From Nitrospirales bacterium (GTDB taxonomy: Bacteria > Nitrospirota > Nitrospiria > Nitrospirales > UBA8639), in the NCBI GenBank assembly GCA_965203295.1, contig CBDBCZ010000016.1:480001-544000 (forward strand): a DNA stretch of 64,000 nucleotides, given 5' to 3'. The first letter of the stretch is position 1; each line of letters begins with the position of its first letter. The notes below the pieces were generated by a model. It saw only the letters and a program-made list of their open reading frames with translations, ran no database searches and was not told where the DNA came from. Below, in pieces: positions 26,201 to 38,200 of this stretch. Position numbers and translations under genes: made by a program.

Positions 26201-29200
26201 ATTACGGAATAACTAGGCCGAGCAATCCATAACGTATTAGGCCTATGGCTGCTAATGATTGAGCCAATTACACAGTTACAATAAGGTTTGGGCGGAGAGA
26301 GGTGGGAGAGGTGGGATGTAATGAAAATTGCTTCCTGTCTATACACTCTCACTGTCCTCCACCCCACCCGGGGTGCATGTGGAGGAAGGAAGCAAGGGGG
26401 GCAAATTCTTGTCCACCTAGGCCCACCGAAACAAGAAATAAAAGAATGGAGCAAACTGTACCCAGTTCACTATATTGCTGTGGACACCTTCCAAACCAGG
26501 GGGGGAGGGGCATGGCGGAGACAGCCACAACACCGCACAGGGAAAGGGTAGGAGGGTGGGTGAAGCACCAAGGTGGCTCAGTGATGCAGCCGTCACAGAG
26601 CCCTCATGGTCAGATTAGTTAAATGCCCATGCTCTGACCCCGCCCACCAGATTGCCCCCATACCAGAAGAGAGGAGTCACCCTCGTCTGTTAACTACACA
26701 TAACTAGCAGTGTAATCTCCACTTCATTTGTCCATTGTGAAACTAAAGTTATGTAAACTGAATGTAAACCTACAAGAGGGGAATCCCCAACACACTACAC
26801 CACAGGTGCACATATCTACAGATAGAGGCCTTGTGAGCACAGCCAAGCTGTATGTTCCAGGGACTATGGCAGAGGCATGAGGGTCTCTGACCAGTAGCGT
26901 ATACACACCACTACCCATACTGCGATGTGAGCTTACACTTAGCGATTCTCTGGTGTGACCTTACACTCTCATACCTGGGGTGATGTAGCCAGTCTATCTG
27001 ACAATCAAACACCCAAATTAGGTATTGCATTCATTAATCTGTTGTCTAGTTTGTTCTGTAAATTTTGGAATTTTAGCTGCCAAACTTCCACAAGTGGGTA
27101 CATATGCAAGGTTAGCCAACCCAACCTCCAATCTGAAAATGCCACTTGGTGCATGCTAAATTGCAATTCTTTCCTGACTGAGGACAGGTTAACCTTATAC
27201 TAGCTACAAGATTTCACTGTAAATCTCAGGCACTATTAATTGACTTATGTACTGTCTTCAGTGTAGATAATTAAGAAAATACCCCTTTTAGCGAACTATT
27301 GCTCTTCTTGGAATTATAAAGCATTGCGCATGTCAGCCCCGCCCATTTATGCACACATCCCTCACAACACAAGGCGATATAAATGGAGTGATATTCAGCC
27401 CATGCACATCACAAGTGCCATTTACCCCACACAAAAAGATCAGATATACATACCGTTTTCTCCACATCCCCAAAAAAACACTTCAAACAAGTTTCAGAAA
27501 AAGCAGTTTAAAAAACTGCTAATACCCTATCATGTAGGGATCGATTTCAACAAAAAAAACACAAAAATCATGACGTAATACTTTTACAGAGTACTACACA
27601 TCACAGCGGAATGCATCTACGGAGACCATATCCCTACATCTTTCCCACCAAGGATGGTCTCTGTAAATGCACTGCACTGTGATCTCTAGATACTCACATT
27701 GCATTGCATTTTGTAGCTTGTTTGGATTGTTTATTAATTATAATGACAGTGCTTACCTGCAAGCTTCGTGCAGTGGTGTCTGTCCCCACTTATCAGCACA
27801 GTCTGGATTGGCCTTGTACTCACACAGTATCTTCATCGAATCAAGATGACCCTCCCTACATGAGAGAAGAAGTGCTAACATTAGACCTACACACTACAGT
27901 TCAGCACTGGAGCACTAACACCACCAGTTAAAACAACCAACCCAGCTAATTACAATAACAAGCACAGCTGAATATGTCACTTAATTTATTGTCTATACTC
28001 AATGCTTGTATATACTTTCAAACTTCCAGACCATGTACATAGCCTCGTTCCCAGGCTCCACCCCCATTTCTTTATTGCGTGGGAACGAGGTTACATGTTA
28101 CAGTACATGTGAGAGGATTACTCAAGTACCATACTCTCAGGACTATAGTGGTCCATCAATCACAATAATTATATTTACCTATTGTGATTAGGACTGGAGC
28201 ACTAACACCACTAGCTAAAACAGTCTCTGTAATTAATTACACTAACAAGAGTGTGTAATTTACTGACTCCTCAAAGCTTGTCCGTAACTTTCAAACTAGC
28301 CTCGTACCCAGGCGCATTAAAATCAGTGTGCCTGGTATCCACTGTTCGCGCATGCGCATAATTAGTGCACTAAGTCTACTAATTACACTAGCAAAAAAAT
28401 ACTGAATGTGTAATTTACAGACTACTCAAAGCTTGACTGTAACTTTCAAACTCGTATATGTCAGACCATGTATGTGAGTGGATAACTCAAGTACATAGTA
28501 AATTATAGCCTCGCGCCCAGGCCACGTGATTGCTAAGTAAGCTAGAGGTCTCTAGCAGAGACATACCCTGTGCTCCTGGACCCTGCAGTCTGTAACGCCG
28601 TATGTGAGCTGCAGGCCTGGCTGATCGCCGTAGTAATGATACAGGCGTTTCTCTACGTATTCTCCAGTATGCTTTCTATCTGAGTATCTCTTCTAAGCTC
28701 CATGTTGAAGATAAGACTCGTATACCATACTCGAGGGCTCGCATATGTCTGTATTCAGGCTGTAGGCATGACCTACTGCCGTATTAAAAAAGGCGTAACC
28801 AATTGCTGTATTAAAAAAATGGTGAAACACACCGATAATCAGAAAAAGCGTGAAAATGCCGAGAATAAAACCGCTTTCTACTATATCAGGTACAGACAAG
28901 CTAATGTATCACGGATTTCAGCGTTAACCTTCTGTTTAGAAATTGTTATAGCCTCTAAATCTCCCGTTCGAAGGTTTTTTCAAATTTTTTTATGACAGAC
29001 AATGACGACAATGACGATGACGACAGACGAACAAAACCAATTGCTCAACCCTGCTCGCGCATACGCAGCGCGGGGTAATTAAGGGTGGCAAAATGTAAGC
29101 AACCTAACTTCCAATGGCAGTATGAGATATTAGCAAAAGAGGGGGGGAGGGGGGTAGCGATTACACCCTCTTATTACACCCTCTTACCTTTTCCTAAATG

Positions 29201-32200
29201 AAACTATGCAATTGATGGACAATTATTGTTTAATCTTGGCGGAACCCACGGAGGATAAACTTTTTGGTTAACACGAGACAGCCATTACTTTCAGTATCTT
29301 TACTTAAGCTTGTCTGACATCACCATTAGAGTAAGCATGCTCACATGGCCTGTGCTAGAATATTGGGCAAGCACAGCTATGACAAAGAGCCTTGTTGCAT
29401 AAGGCCACGGGTGTATGTAGCTAACAATGTGATCCAATCCTGAGTGTAGCTAGCAACTCAACCACATACTGTAATATGTAGAGGACATTTTCCAGTAACA
29501 AGAAACACCTACCAGCAAGCTTTGTGCAGTGGAGTCTTCCCATTCTTGTCAGCACAGTCGACATTGGCGTGCACTTGACACAGGTGTTTCACGATGTCAG
29601 TACGCCCACTCCTGATGAGAGAGAAGGAGCAGGAAACAATGTGATATGAACACGTAGCACTGGAGCACTGACCAACACTGTTAGAGGGTGTGTACTACCA
29701 CATGATTAATCAACCCCCACTACACAATGGGGGAATTATGTAGCTATATTCAGTAGTACACACATAAGGCTTCAGGGCTCAGTCAATGGCAGACACAGGT
29801 CCTGAATTGCCCGTTCATTGCCAGAGTAAGAATTCAGCACCACCTGCACAGCAGTGAGTATATTAATCATTTCCATGGAATAATGGGAGACAGAAACGAT
29901 GTAATAGCGGGTTCAACGACTTAGAATCTGAGGCGCAATCAATTAATATAGATGTACACATAAATATGTACACTTTGCCACAAGGTTTGGTATAGGATTA
30001 GAGAGGTTGGAGTCTGGTATATTGGGACTGCAACACACAATGGCCATTGCCTACCTCTTCATGTAACGAACTACACACAGAATTGCAGTGAACTACTATA
30101 CCTGCAAGAATGGGTGGGACTCCTCCTCTCATGTCCATCTACGTACAGCAACACACACTGCAGTGTTACATATACTTGCAGCCACATACGTATTTAGTTA
30201 TTATGAGAGTGGGGGGCCATACTCGAAAAAAGGTACGACGTGCACCCACCAAGTTGGTTGGTTGTTTTGGCAGGTCAGTAAAAAAAGTCCCAAAAACTAG
30301 GGGATTTTTTTGCAGGCTAGAGTTTACATTTTGGCAGTACAAGCAGTAGAAGATGCCTCATATCTAATTACAAGTAGGCATAACAGCTTGAGTATAGTTG
30401 GCATGTACTTGCATGCACTGATTTCATGTTATCGCTTTACTCAGCGGCAGCTCGCCACTGTTTTTGGCCATGGTCACTCAATTAGTAAGTACGAAGTGAG
30501 GGTTGGGTTGAATTAGTTAACCATTTTATGACATCAGTGCACGGTTAATTAATTATTTATGATGTATTTATGACGCTTTGTGACGTAGTTGGTAGGTTGT
30601 TTCAGGGGTCTGCAAAAAAGGGGCAGTGCATCATGGACTTTTTTTGCTGGGGCCTCCAGATGAGAGTGTTTTAAAATCAGCATTCACATGTCCTCCTCTC
30701 ATGCCCATATATATTTAGTCTATACATTCTCACTGTCCTCCACCCCACCCGGGGTGCATGTGGAGGAAGGAAGCAAGGGGGGATTATTCTTGTACACCTA
30801 GGCCCACCGAAACAGGAAATTAAAGAATGGAGCAAACTGTACCCAGTTCACTATATTGCTGTGGACACCTTCCAAACCAGGGGGGGAGGCATGGCGGAGA
30901 CAACCACAACACCGCCCAGGGAAAGGGAGGGAGGGTGGGTGAAGCACCAAGGTGGCTCAGTGATGCAGCCGTCACAGAGCCCTCGTGGTCTGAGTAGTTA
31001 AATGCCCATGCTCAGACCCCGCCCACCAGACTGCCCCCATACCAGAAGAGAGGAGTCACCCTCGTCTGTTAACTCCACATAACTAATAGTATAATCTCCA
31101 TTTCATTTGTCCATTGTGAAACTAAAGTGATGTAAACTGAATGTAAACCTACAAGAGGGGAATCCCCAACATACTACAGCACAGGTACACATACCTATAG
31201 ATAGAGGCCTTGTGAGCACAGACAGGTTATATGTTCCAGGGACTATGGCAGAGGCATGAGGGTCTCTGACCAGTAGCGTATACACACCACTACCTATACT
31301 ATGATGTGAGCTTACACTCTGGGGTTCTCTGATGTGGACTTATACTTGCATACCTGGGGTGATGTATCCCATAGTCTATCTGACAATCAAACACCCAAAT
31401 TAGGTATAGTACACATAAATCAGTTGTCGACTTTGTTCTGTAAATTTTGGAATGTGAGCTGCCACACTTCCACAAGTGGGGAATCCTTCTCTCAAACCCA
31501 ACTGAAACAAACACATATTATACAACTACAAAATATTTGGGTGAGCGTGAGCAAGCCCCACACTAGTGAGTTCAATTGAGGATTTATATGTGCGTACAAC
31601 CTTAAGTTGGTACAACTGACAGTGAAATGAAATACAGCTGGTGTTAGAGGGAGGTAAGTTGCAATTCAAAAGTTCAATAGTGGCACTGCTTGATTCCTAG
31701 AGCACAAATATAAGTCAGAGACTTGATCATCAGCATGACATAAACATAAACACTACTGCAGGATATTGTGGTGCGGGCCTGTCACAGAGATAAAACTCTT
31801 GGCCACACCCTACAGGCAGTTGGACAGGTTTAGACATATAAAATATGATAATAGTGCATGCTTGATAAGCAAGGAGAGGGGGAGCCTCTATAAACATTCC
31901 TACCAGCAGACAAGCATGAACTCAATAAACTCACAACATTAAGAGTAGTGTTGTTTTAGTATGGCCTCACTATTTAGTTTTAGTAAAAAAATCTAAGGAA
32001 GAACGAAAGTTTAGTTTTGGTTTTAGTTAGTTAACTAAAAAAAAAAGTTAGTTAGTTTAGTTATTTACACAGGCCAGTGCCCTTAATAAGGTGTACTTTT
32101 AGTTAGTTAACTAACTTTATTTTTGGTCCTACTAAAGCACTTTGTGTTCAGTTTCAGTTAACTAAAACAACACTAATTAACACAGGCACACAAACACTGG

Positions 32201-35200
32201 TTCAGATTCTGCTTACACAGGTGCACATCATGGTTGGTTGGGTCATAATCTTCTGTTTGCCCAATTGGCCTGATTTGTGTTGTTTTGCCATCTGCTTCTG
32301 AACCACACACTCAGGTTATGGGTTCAATCAGAGGAGGTTGGACAAGCACTACGTGCGCATCAAAAATACCATGTGACCGATGACGTGACGTCACTTAAGT
32401 ACAGCAATGGCCATAGAGATTTTGAGTCTCTCTGCTGCCTAAGAACAAATATGCCAGAGATGGTTTATGTACTGAAGTGTTAGTACCGGTGGAGTAGTTC
32501 AAGAAAACCGACTGCGCCCCGCTGCGCCCCAGCGTTTTTGAGAAGAAATCTGGGAAAGAATACGGTAGCGGGTAAGACCACTATTGTTAGCCACTTTTCA
32601 CGAATATGAAAGGCGTAGATCGTAGCTATACACTTGTAGGCATCACTTACATCAACCGTATAAGTCTTCCAGACAGGAATCTCCACAGAACAACAGTACT
32701 CAAGGCTGGAATTGACCTTTAAGTACCCGCTTACCGATATCGCATGGACTTCTACATGGCCTATGTCACACTATAAGCCCTCCAGAAGGTCAGTAAATCG
32801 GGAAACACTGAAAAACAAACTCTGACTAATTTTCCAAGTCGCAGAAACTCTTGGAGAGTGCTGCAGGAGCTCCTAGATCGAGAAACTGAGTTAACCATAC
32901 TGGTTGAATTTTAGGTATACGTACTAGTATATCGAAGGTATACGGGTTTTTATCACGCGCGAAATGTAAAGAATGCAATTATGGGGCTGTAAATGTCATG
33001 TGACATTTGTGTGTCGTCATAGCTCGTCCAACCTCCTCTGGGGTTCAATAAGGTCAAGGAAGGTGGGGAGTATAGAGTAGGAGGCGACTGTGCCTTGGGC
33101 CTAGGGTGGTGCTAAAAGCCCCCACACTTCGCTTCCCAAAGGTGGACCATGGGGAGGCCTCAAAAAATTCTTAAAGGGGAAGCCCTCCCTCTGGCTATCC
33201 AAAGAAAATAGGGTTAGGTTAGGGGTGTGCAAGGTTGGCCAACCCAACATCCTACCTGAAAATGCCACTTGGGGAATGCTAAATTGGAATTCCTTCCTGA
33301 CTGAGGACATGTTAACCTTTTACTAGTTATGAGATTTCACTGTAAATCTCAGGCACTATTAATTGTGTACAGTCTTTAGTGTAGTTGATTAAGAAATAGC
33401 GAACTGTTGTTCTTCTTGGAATATTAAAGCATCACGCACGTCAACCCCGCCTATTTATGCACACATCCCTCACAGCACAAGGCAGGTATTAAAATAAATG
33501 GAGTGACATTCAGCCCATGCACATCACAAGTGCCATCCGCCCCACACAAGAAGATCAGATATACGTACCCTTTCTCCCCCCTTCCCCCAACAAACACTCA
33601 AAACAAGTTTCAGAAAAAAGCAGTTTTAAAAAACTGCTAATACCCTATCATGTAGAGATCGATTTCAACAAAAAACCACAAAAATCACGACGTAATACTT
33701 TTACAGAGTACTAAAAATCACAGCGGAATGCATTTACGGAGACCATATCCCTACATCCTTCCAACCAAGGATGGTCCCCGTAAATGCACTGCACTGTGAT
33801 TGTAGCTACTCGCATTGCATTGCATTTTGTAGCTTGTTTGGATTGTTTATTAATTATAATGACAGTGCTTACCTGCAAGCTTCATGCAGTGGTGTCTGTC
33901 CCCACTTATCAGCACAGTCTGGATTGGCCTTGTACTCACACAGTATCTTCATCGAATCAAGATGACCCTCCCTACATGAGAGAAGAAGTGCTAACATTAG
34001 ACCTACACAGTGCAGTTCAGCACTGGAGCACTAATACCACCAGTTAAAACAACCAACCCAGCTAATTACAATAACAAGCACAGCTGAATATATCACTTAA
34101 TTTATTGTCTATACTCAATGCTTGTATATACTTTCAGACCATGTACATAGCCTCGTTCCCAGGCTCCACCCCCATTTCTTTATTGCGTGGGAACGAGGTT
34201 ACATGTTACAGTACATGTGAGAGGATTACTCAAGTACCATACTCTCAGGACTATAGTGGTCCATCAATCACAATAATTATATTTACCTATTGTGATTAGG
34301 ACTGGAGCACTAACACCACTAGCTAAAACAGTCTCTGTAAGTAATTACACTAACAAGAGTGTGTAATTTACTGACTCCTCAACGCTTGTCCGTAACTTTC
34401 AAACTAGCCTCGTACCCAGGCGCATTAAAATCAGTGTGCCTGGTATTCACTGTTCACGCATGCGCATAATTAGTGCACTAAGTCTACTAATTACACTAGC
34501 AAAAAAATACTGAATGTGTAATTTACAGACTACTCAAAGCTTGACCGTAACTTTCAAACTCGTATATGTCAGACCATGTATGTGAGTGGATAACTCAAGT
34601 ACATAGTAAATTATAGCCTCGCACTCAGGCCACGTGATTGCTAAGTAAATTAACGGTGGCAAAATGTAAACAACCTAACTTCCAATAGTAGCGTGAGATA
34701 CCAGCAAAAGAGGGGGGGAGGGGGGTAGCGATTACACTCTCTTGCCTTTCCCTAAATGAAACTATGCAATTGATGGACGACATTACAATTTCTATAAACT
34801 GTAGTACAACAGCTACACTCTGTAAACGTGTATAGACGCCGACAGTTTAGCCGGCAGTTTAATTTGGTGGTTTTGCAAACCATTAAAAATGCCAAATTAA
34901 ATTCTCGCTCGTGATGTAATCCGTAACACCCACACACTCCTATACTTTCTGTGATAATGTTGCACCTAACACTCACACACTAACTGAAAGCAACTACGTA
35001 CATGTACTTAGCCAAAATTGATACAGCACAACAACTCTGATCCTCCCCTGAAGATCAGTTCTTTCCCTCAGTGAGGGAATATGACTGATGCTGATGGAAA
35101 CATGGCATGTTAATGATCTTAGCCCGGTTTGCAATACTTCCCACCCCAGCGTTTATCCTACAGTCGTGGAGAAAGTGAGGAGGAAGGCCTGGTACCAATT

Positions 35201-38200
35201 ACCATGTGCCATGACATATGTGCATATAAGGTAGACTTACATGCCCACGCAACATGGCTTGTACATGTATGCTCACACACTAACTGAATGCAACTACGTA
35301 CATGTACTTAGCCAAAATTGATACAGCTACCTATTTTGGTTTACAGTTTCATGGAAGGCAAGGATGAAATTCACTGCAAGACTGTAAGCTTGTACTGTCC
35401 GCAGCTGAAAGGACCGTTCTAGAATGCCTGATGGTGGGTGAGAGGCCATGACGGTACGAAATGGTCCTCTGTCATTAGCTGCCATAAGCGTGGTCTGTCA
35501 GGGCTTCTCGCTGCCGAAGGACCGACAACCTCAATCAACTTGCAGCCCTCGAGTGCAACATTTCATTCCTTCTATGCTTAACAGAAGCCACTTTTCATTT
35601 AGCGTGTGGGAGTATAAGTCTATCCTCCACATAATGAAATGTCACAGCAAGTGATACTGCCATGGTACCAGGCCTTCCCCCTCGCTTTTCCCCCACAGCT
35701 ATGAGATGAAAGCTGAGGTGTGAAGGACTGGGAAGACTAATAGTGGTTACATTCGGCCACAGGTGGGGAAACCCCCATTACAAATAAAACATGCAGAATA
35801 ATTGTGTACACATTCCAGATTGTACAGAATGTCAACACTGTTATGCACCTATAATCCAGGAACTATGGCAGAGGCATATACTTAATGTAAAGAAGTATAC
35901 AATTTCTAATTACATGTTTGATTATCACAGAAAGTATAGGAATATTTGGCAAGGAATTTAATTTGGTGGTTTTGCAAACCATTAAAAATGCCAAATTAAA
36001 TTCTCGCTCGTGATGTAATCCGTAACACCCACGCACGCACTGCAGCTAGCTACATTGTATTTAGCTACACGCACACGTGTGGAAGGAACTTGATCATATC
36101 GATGCAAAACTATTTTAAGAAAGAAGCTGTTCTTCCCACTCCTGTGCTAGAGTATTGGGCAAGCACAGCTATAACGAAGAGCCTTGTTACACAAGGCCAC
36201 GGGTGTTTGTAGCTAACAATGTGATCCAATCCTGAGTGTAGCTAGCTATTCATCCATGAACAGTAATATGTAGTGGACATTTTCCAGTAAACCTACCTGC
36301 GAGCTATGTGTAGTGGAGTCTCCCCATCCTCAGTAGCACAGTTGACATTGGCGCGCACTTGACACAGGTGTTTCACGATGTCAGTGTGCCCATTCCTGAT
36401 GAGAGAGAAGGAGCAGGAAACAATGTTATATGAACACGTACAGTGTAGTGCAAGCACTGGAGCACTGACCAACACTGTTAGAGGGTGTGTACTACCGCAT
36501 GATTAACCCACACTACACAATGGGGGAATTATGAAATTATATTCAGTAGCACACACATAAGGCTTCAGTGCTCAGTCAATGGCAGACACAGGCCCTGAAT
36601 TGCCCCTTCATTGCCAGAGTAAGAATTCAGCACAAACTGCACAGCAGTGAGTATATTAAACATTTCCATGGAATAATGAGACAAAAACGATGTAATAGAG
36701 GGATCAACGACTTAGAATCTGAGACGTAATCAATTAATATAGATGAACACATAAATATGTACACTTGCCACAAGGTTTGGTATAGGATTAGAGAGGTTGG
36801 AGTCTGGTATATTGGGACTGCAACACACAATGGCTATCGCCCACCTCTTCATGTAACGAGCTACACACAGAATTGCAGTGAACTACTATACCTGCAAAAA
36901 TGGGTGGGACTCCTCCTCTCATGCCCATCTACGTACGGCAACACACACTGCAGTGGTACATATACTTGCAGCTACATACGTATTTAGTTATTATGAGAGT
37001 GGTTTAAAATCAGTATTCACATATAAAAGCATCTGTTGTACAAACACACTCAGTACACAGCTGCACTCACACTAACATATTACGGAATAACTAGGCTGAG
37101 CAATCCATAACATACTAGGCCTATGGCTGCTAATGATTGAGCCAATTACACAGTTACTACTAGGAATACGCAAGCGAAATATGCCTTGCGTAGCTTTATT
37201 TGCATATGGTGGCAGTTATTTATGCAGGTAGGGTAGTGGTGAATTGTGGTGCATGGTACATGTAGTCTAGGTGCATGGAGGTGGCTTGAGGTATATTTGT
37301 GCGTAGAGTGGAGTATGCATTCATGCACGCTGGGATGAAATTGATGTCTAGGGCAGTGGGGTCATGGTTGAGTGCTCACATGTGAGGTTGGGGTCAAGGT
37401 TGACTGCGGACGTGTGGATCTATGTAGCTAGCTGTTTATCTATCTGCTATACATATTATATCTACCGTGATACCATGATGTGCAACTGTATGTACAGATC
37501 TATATCAAAAGTTGATGCACGCATCCGAGGGGCTGGCTCGCGAGACTATATCTCAGCTTAATGGTTAATGTATGCTGGCTTGAAATACCGTTGGCATCTT
37601 GCCATCATGTCGTCAGCCTCCAGCGCTCATATCTCAGCTTACATAAAGCTACTCAAACTCTACAAACCTGGGAGCTGTAGGAAGTCTCCCTTAATAAAAC
37701 TTCATGACAAATTTTATCCAGACCTCTGACTTTGTGCCCGCCACGACTTCGAAGACGGCACCCAAAACACTGCCAGAGACGCCATTTTGAACATGTGCCT
37801 TGGGGAGGTGTGAGCAAACTTTATAGAAATATGGATATATAGATAGATATATAGATATAAACGCTAGCTGAGATTGTTGAGCCCATAGCACGCGATTATT
37901 GGCCTCGCTGCGCTCGGCAATAAGGTTTGGATGGAGAGAGGTGGGATGTAATGACAATTGCTTCCTGTCTATACACTCTCACTGTCCTCCACCCCACCTG
38001 GGGTGCATGTGCAGAAGGAAGGAAGCAAGGGGGGCAAATTCTTGTCCACCTAGGCCCACCGAAACAGGAAATTAAAGAATGGAGCAAACTGTACCCAGCT
38101 CACTATACTGCTGTGGGCACCTGCCAAACCAGAGGGGGGAGGCATGGCGGAGACAACCACAACACTGCACAGGGAAAGGGAGGGAGGGTGGGTGAAGCAC

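Noticed and set aside
15757..34047. Repeated plus-strand ORFs MHCTVI...
   Set aside because: Antisense shadows of the type-B ankyrin exons.
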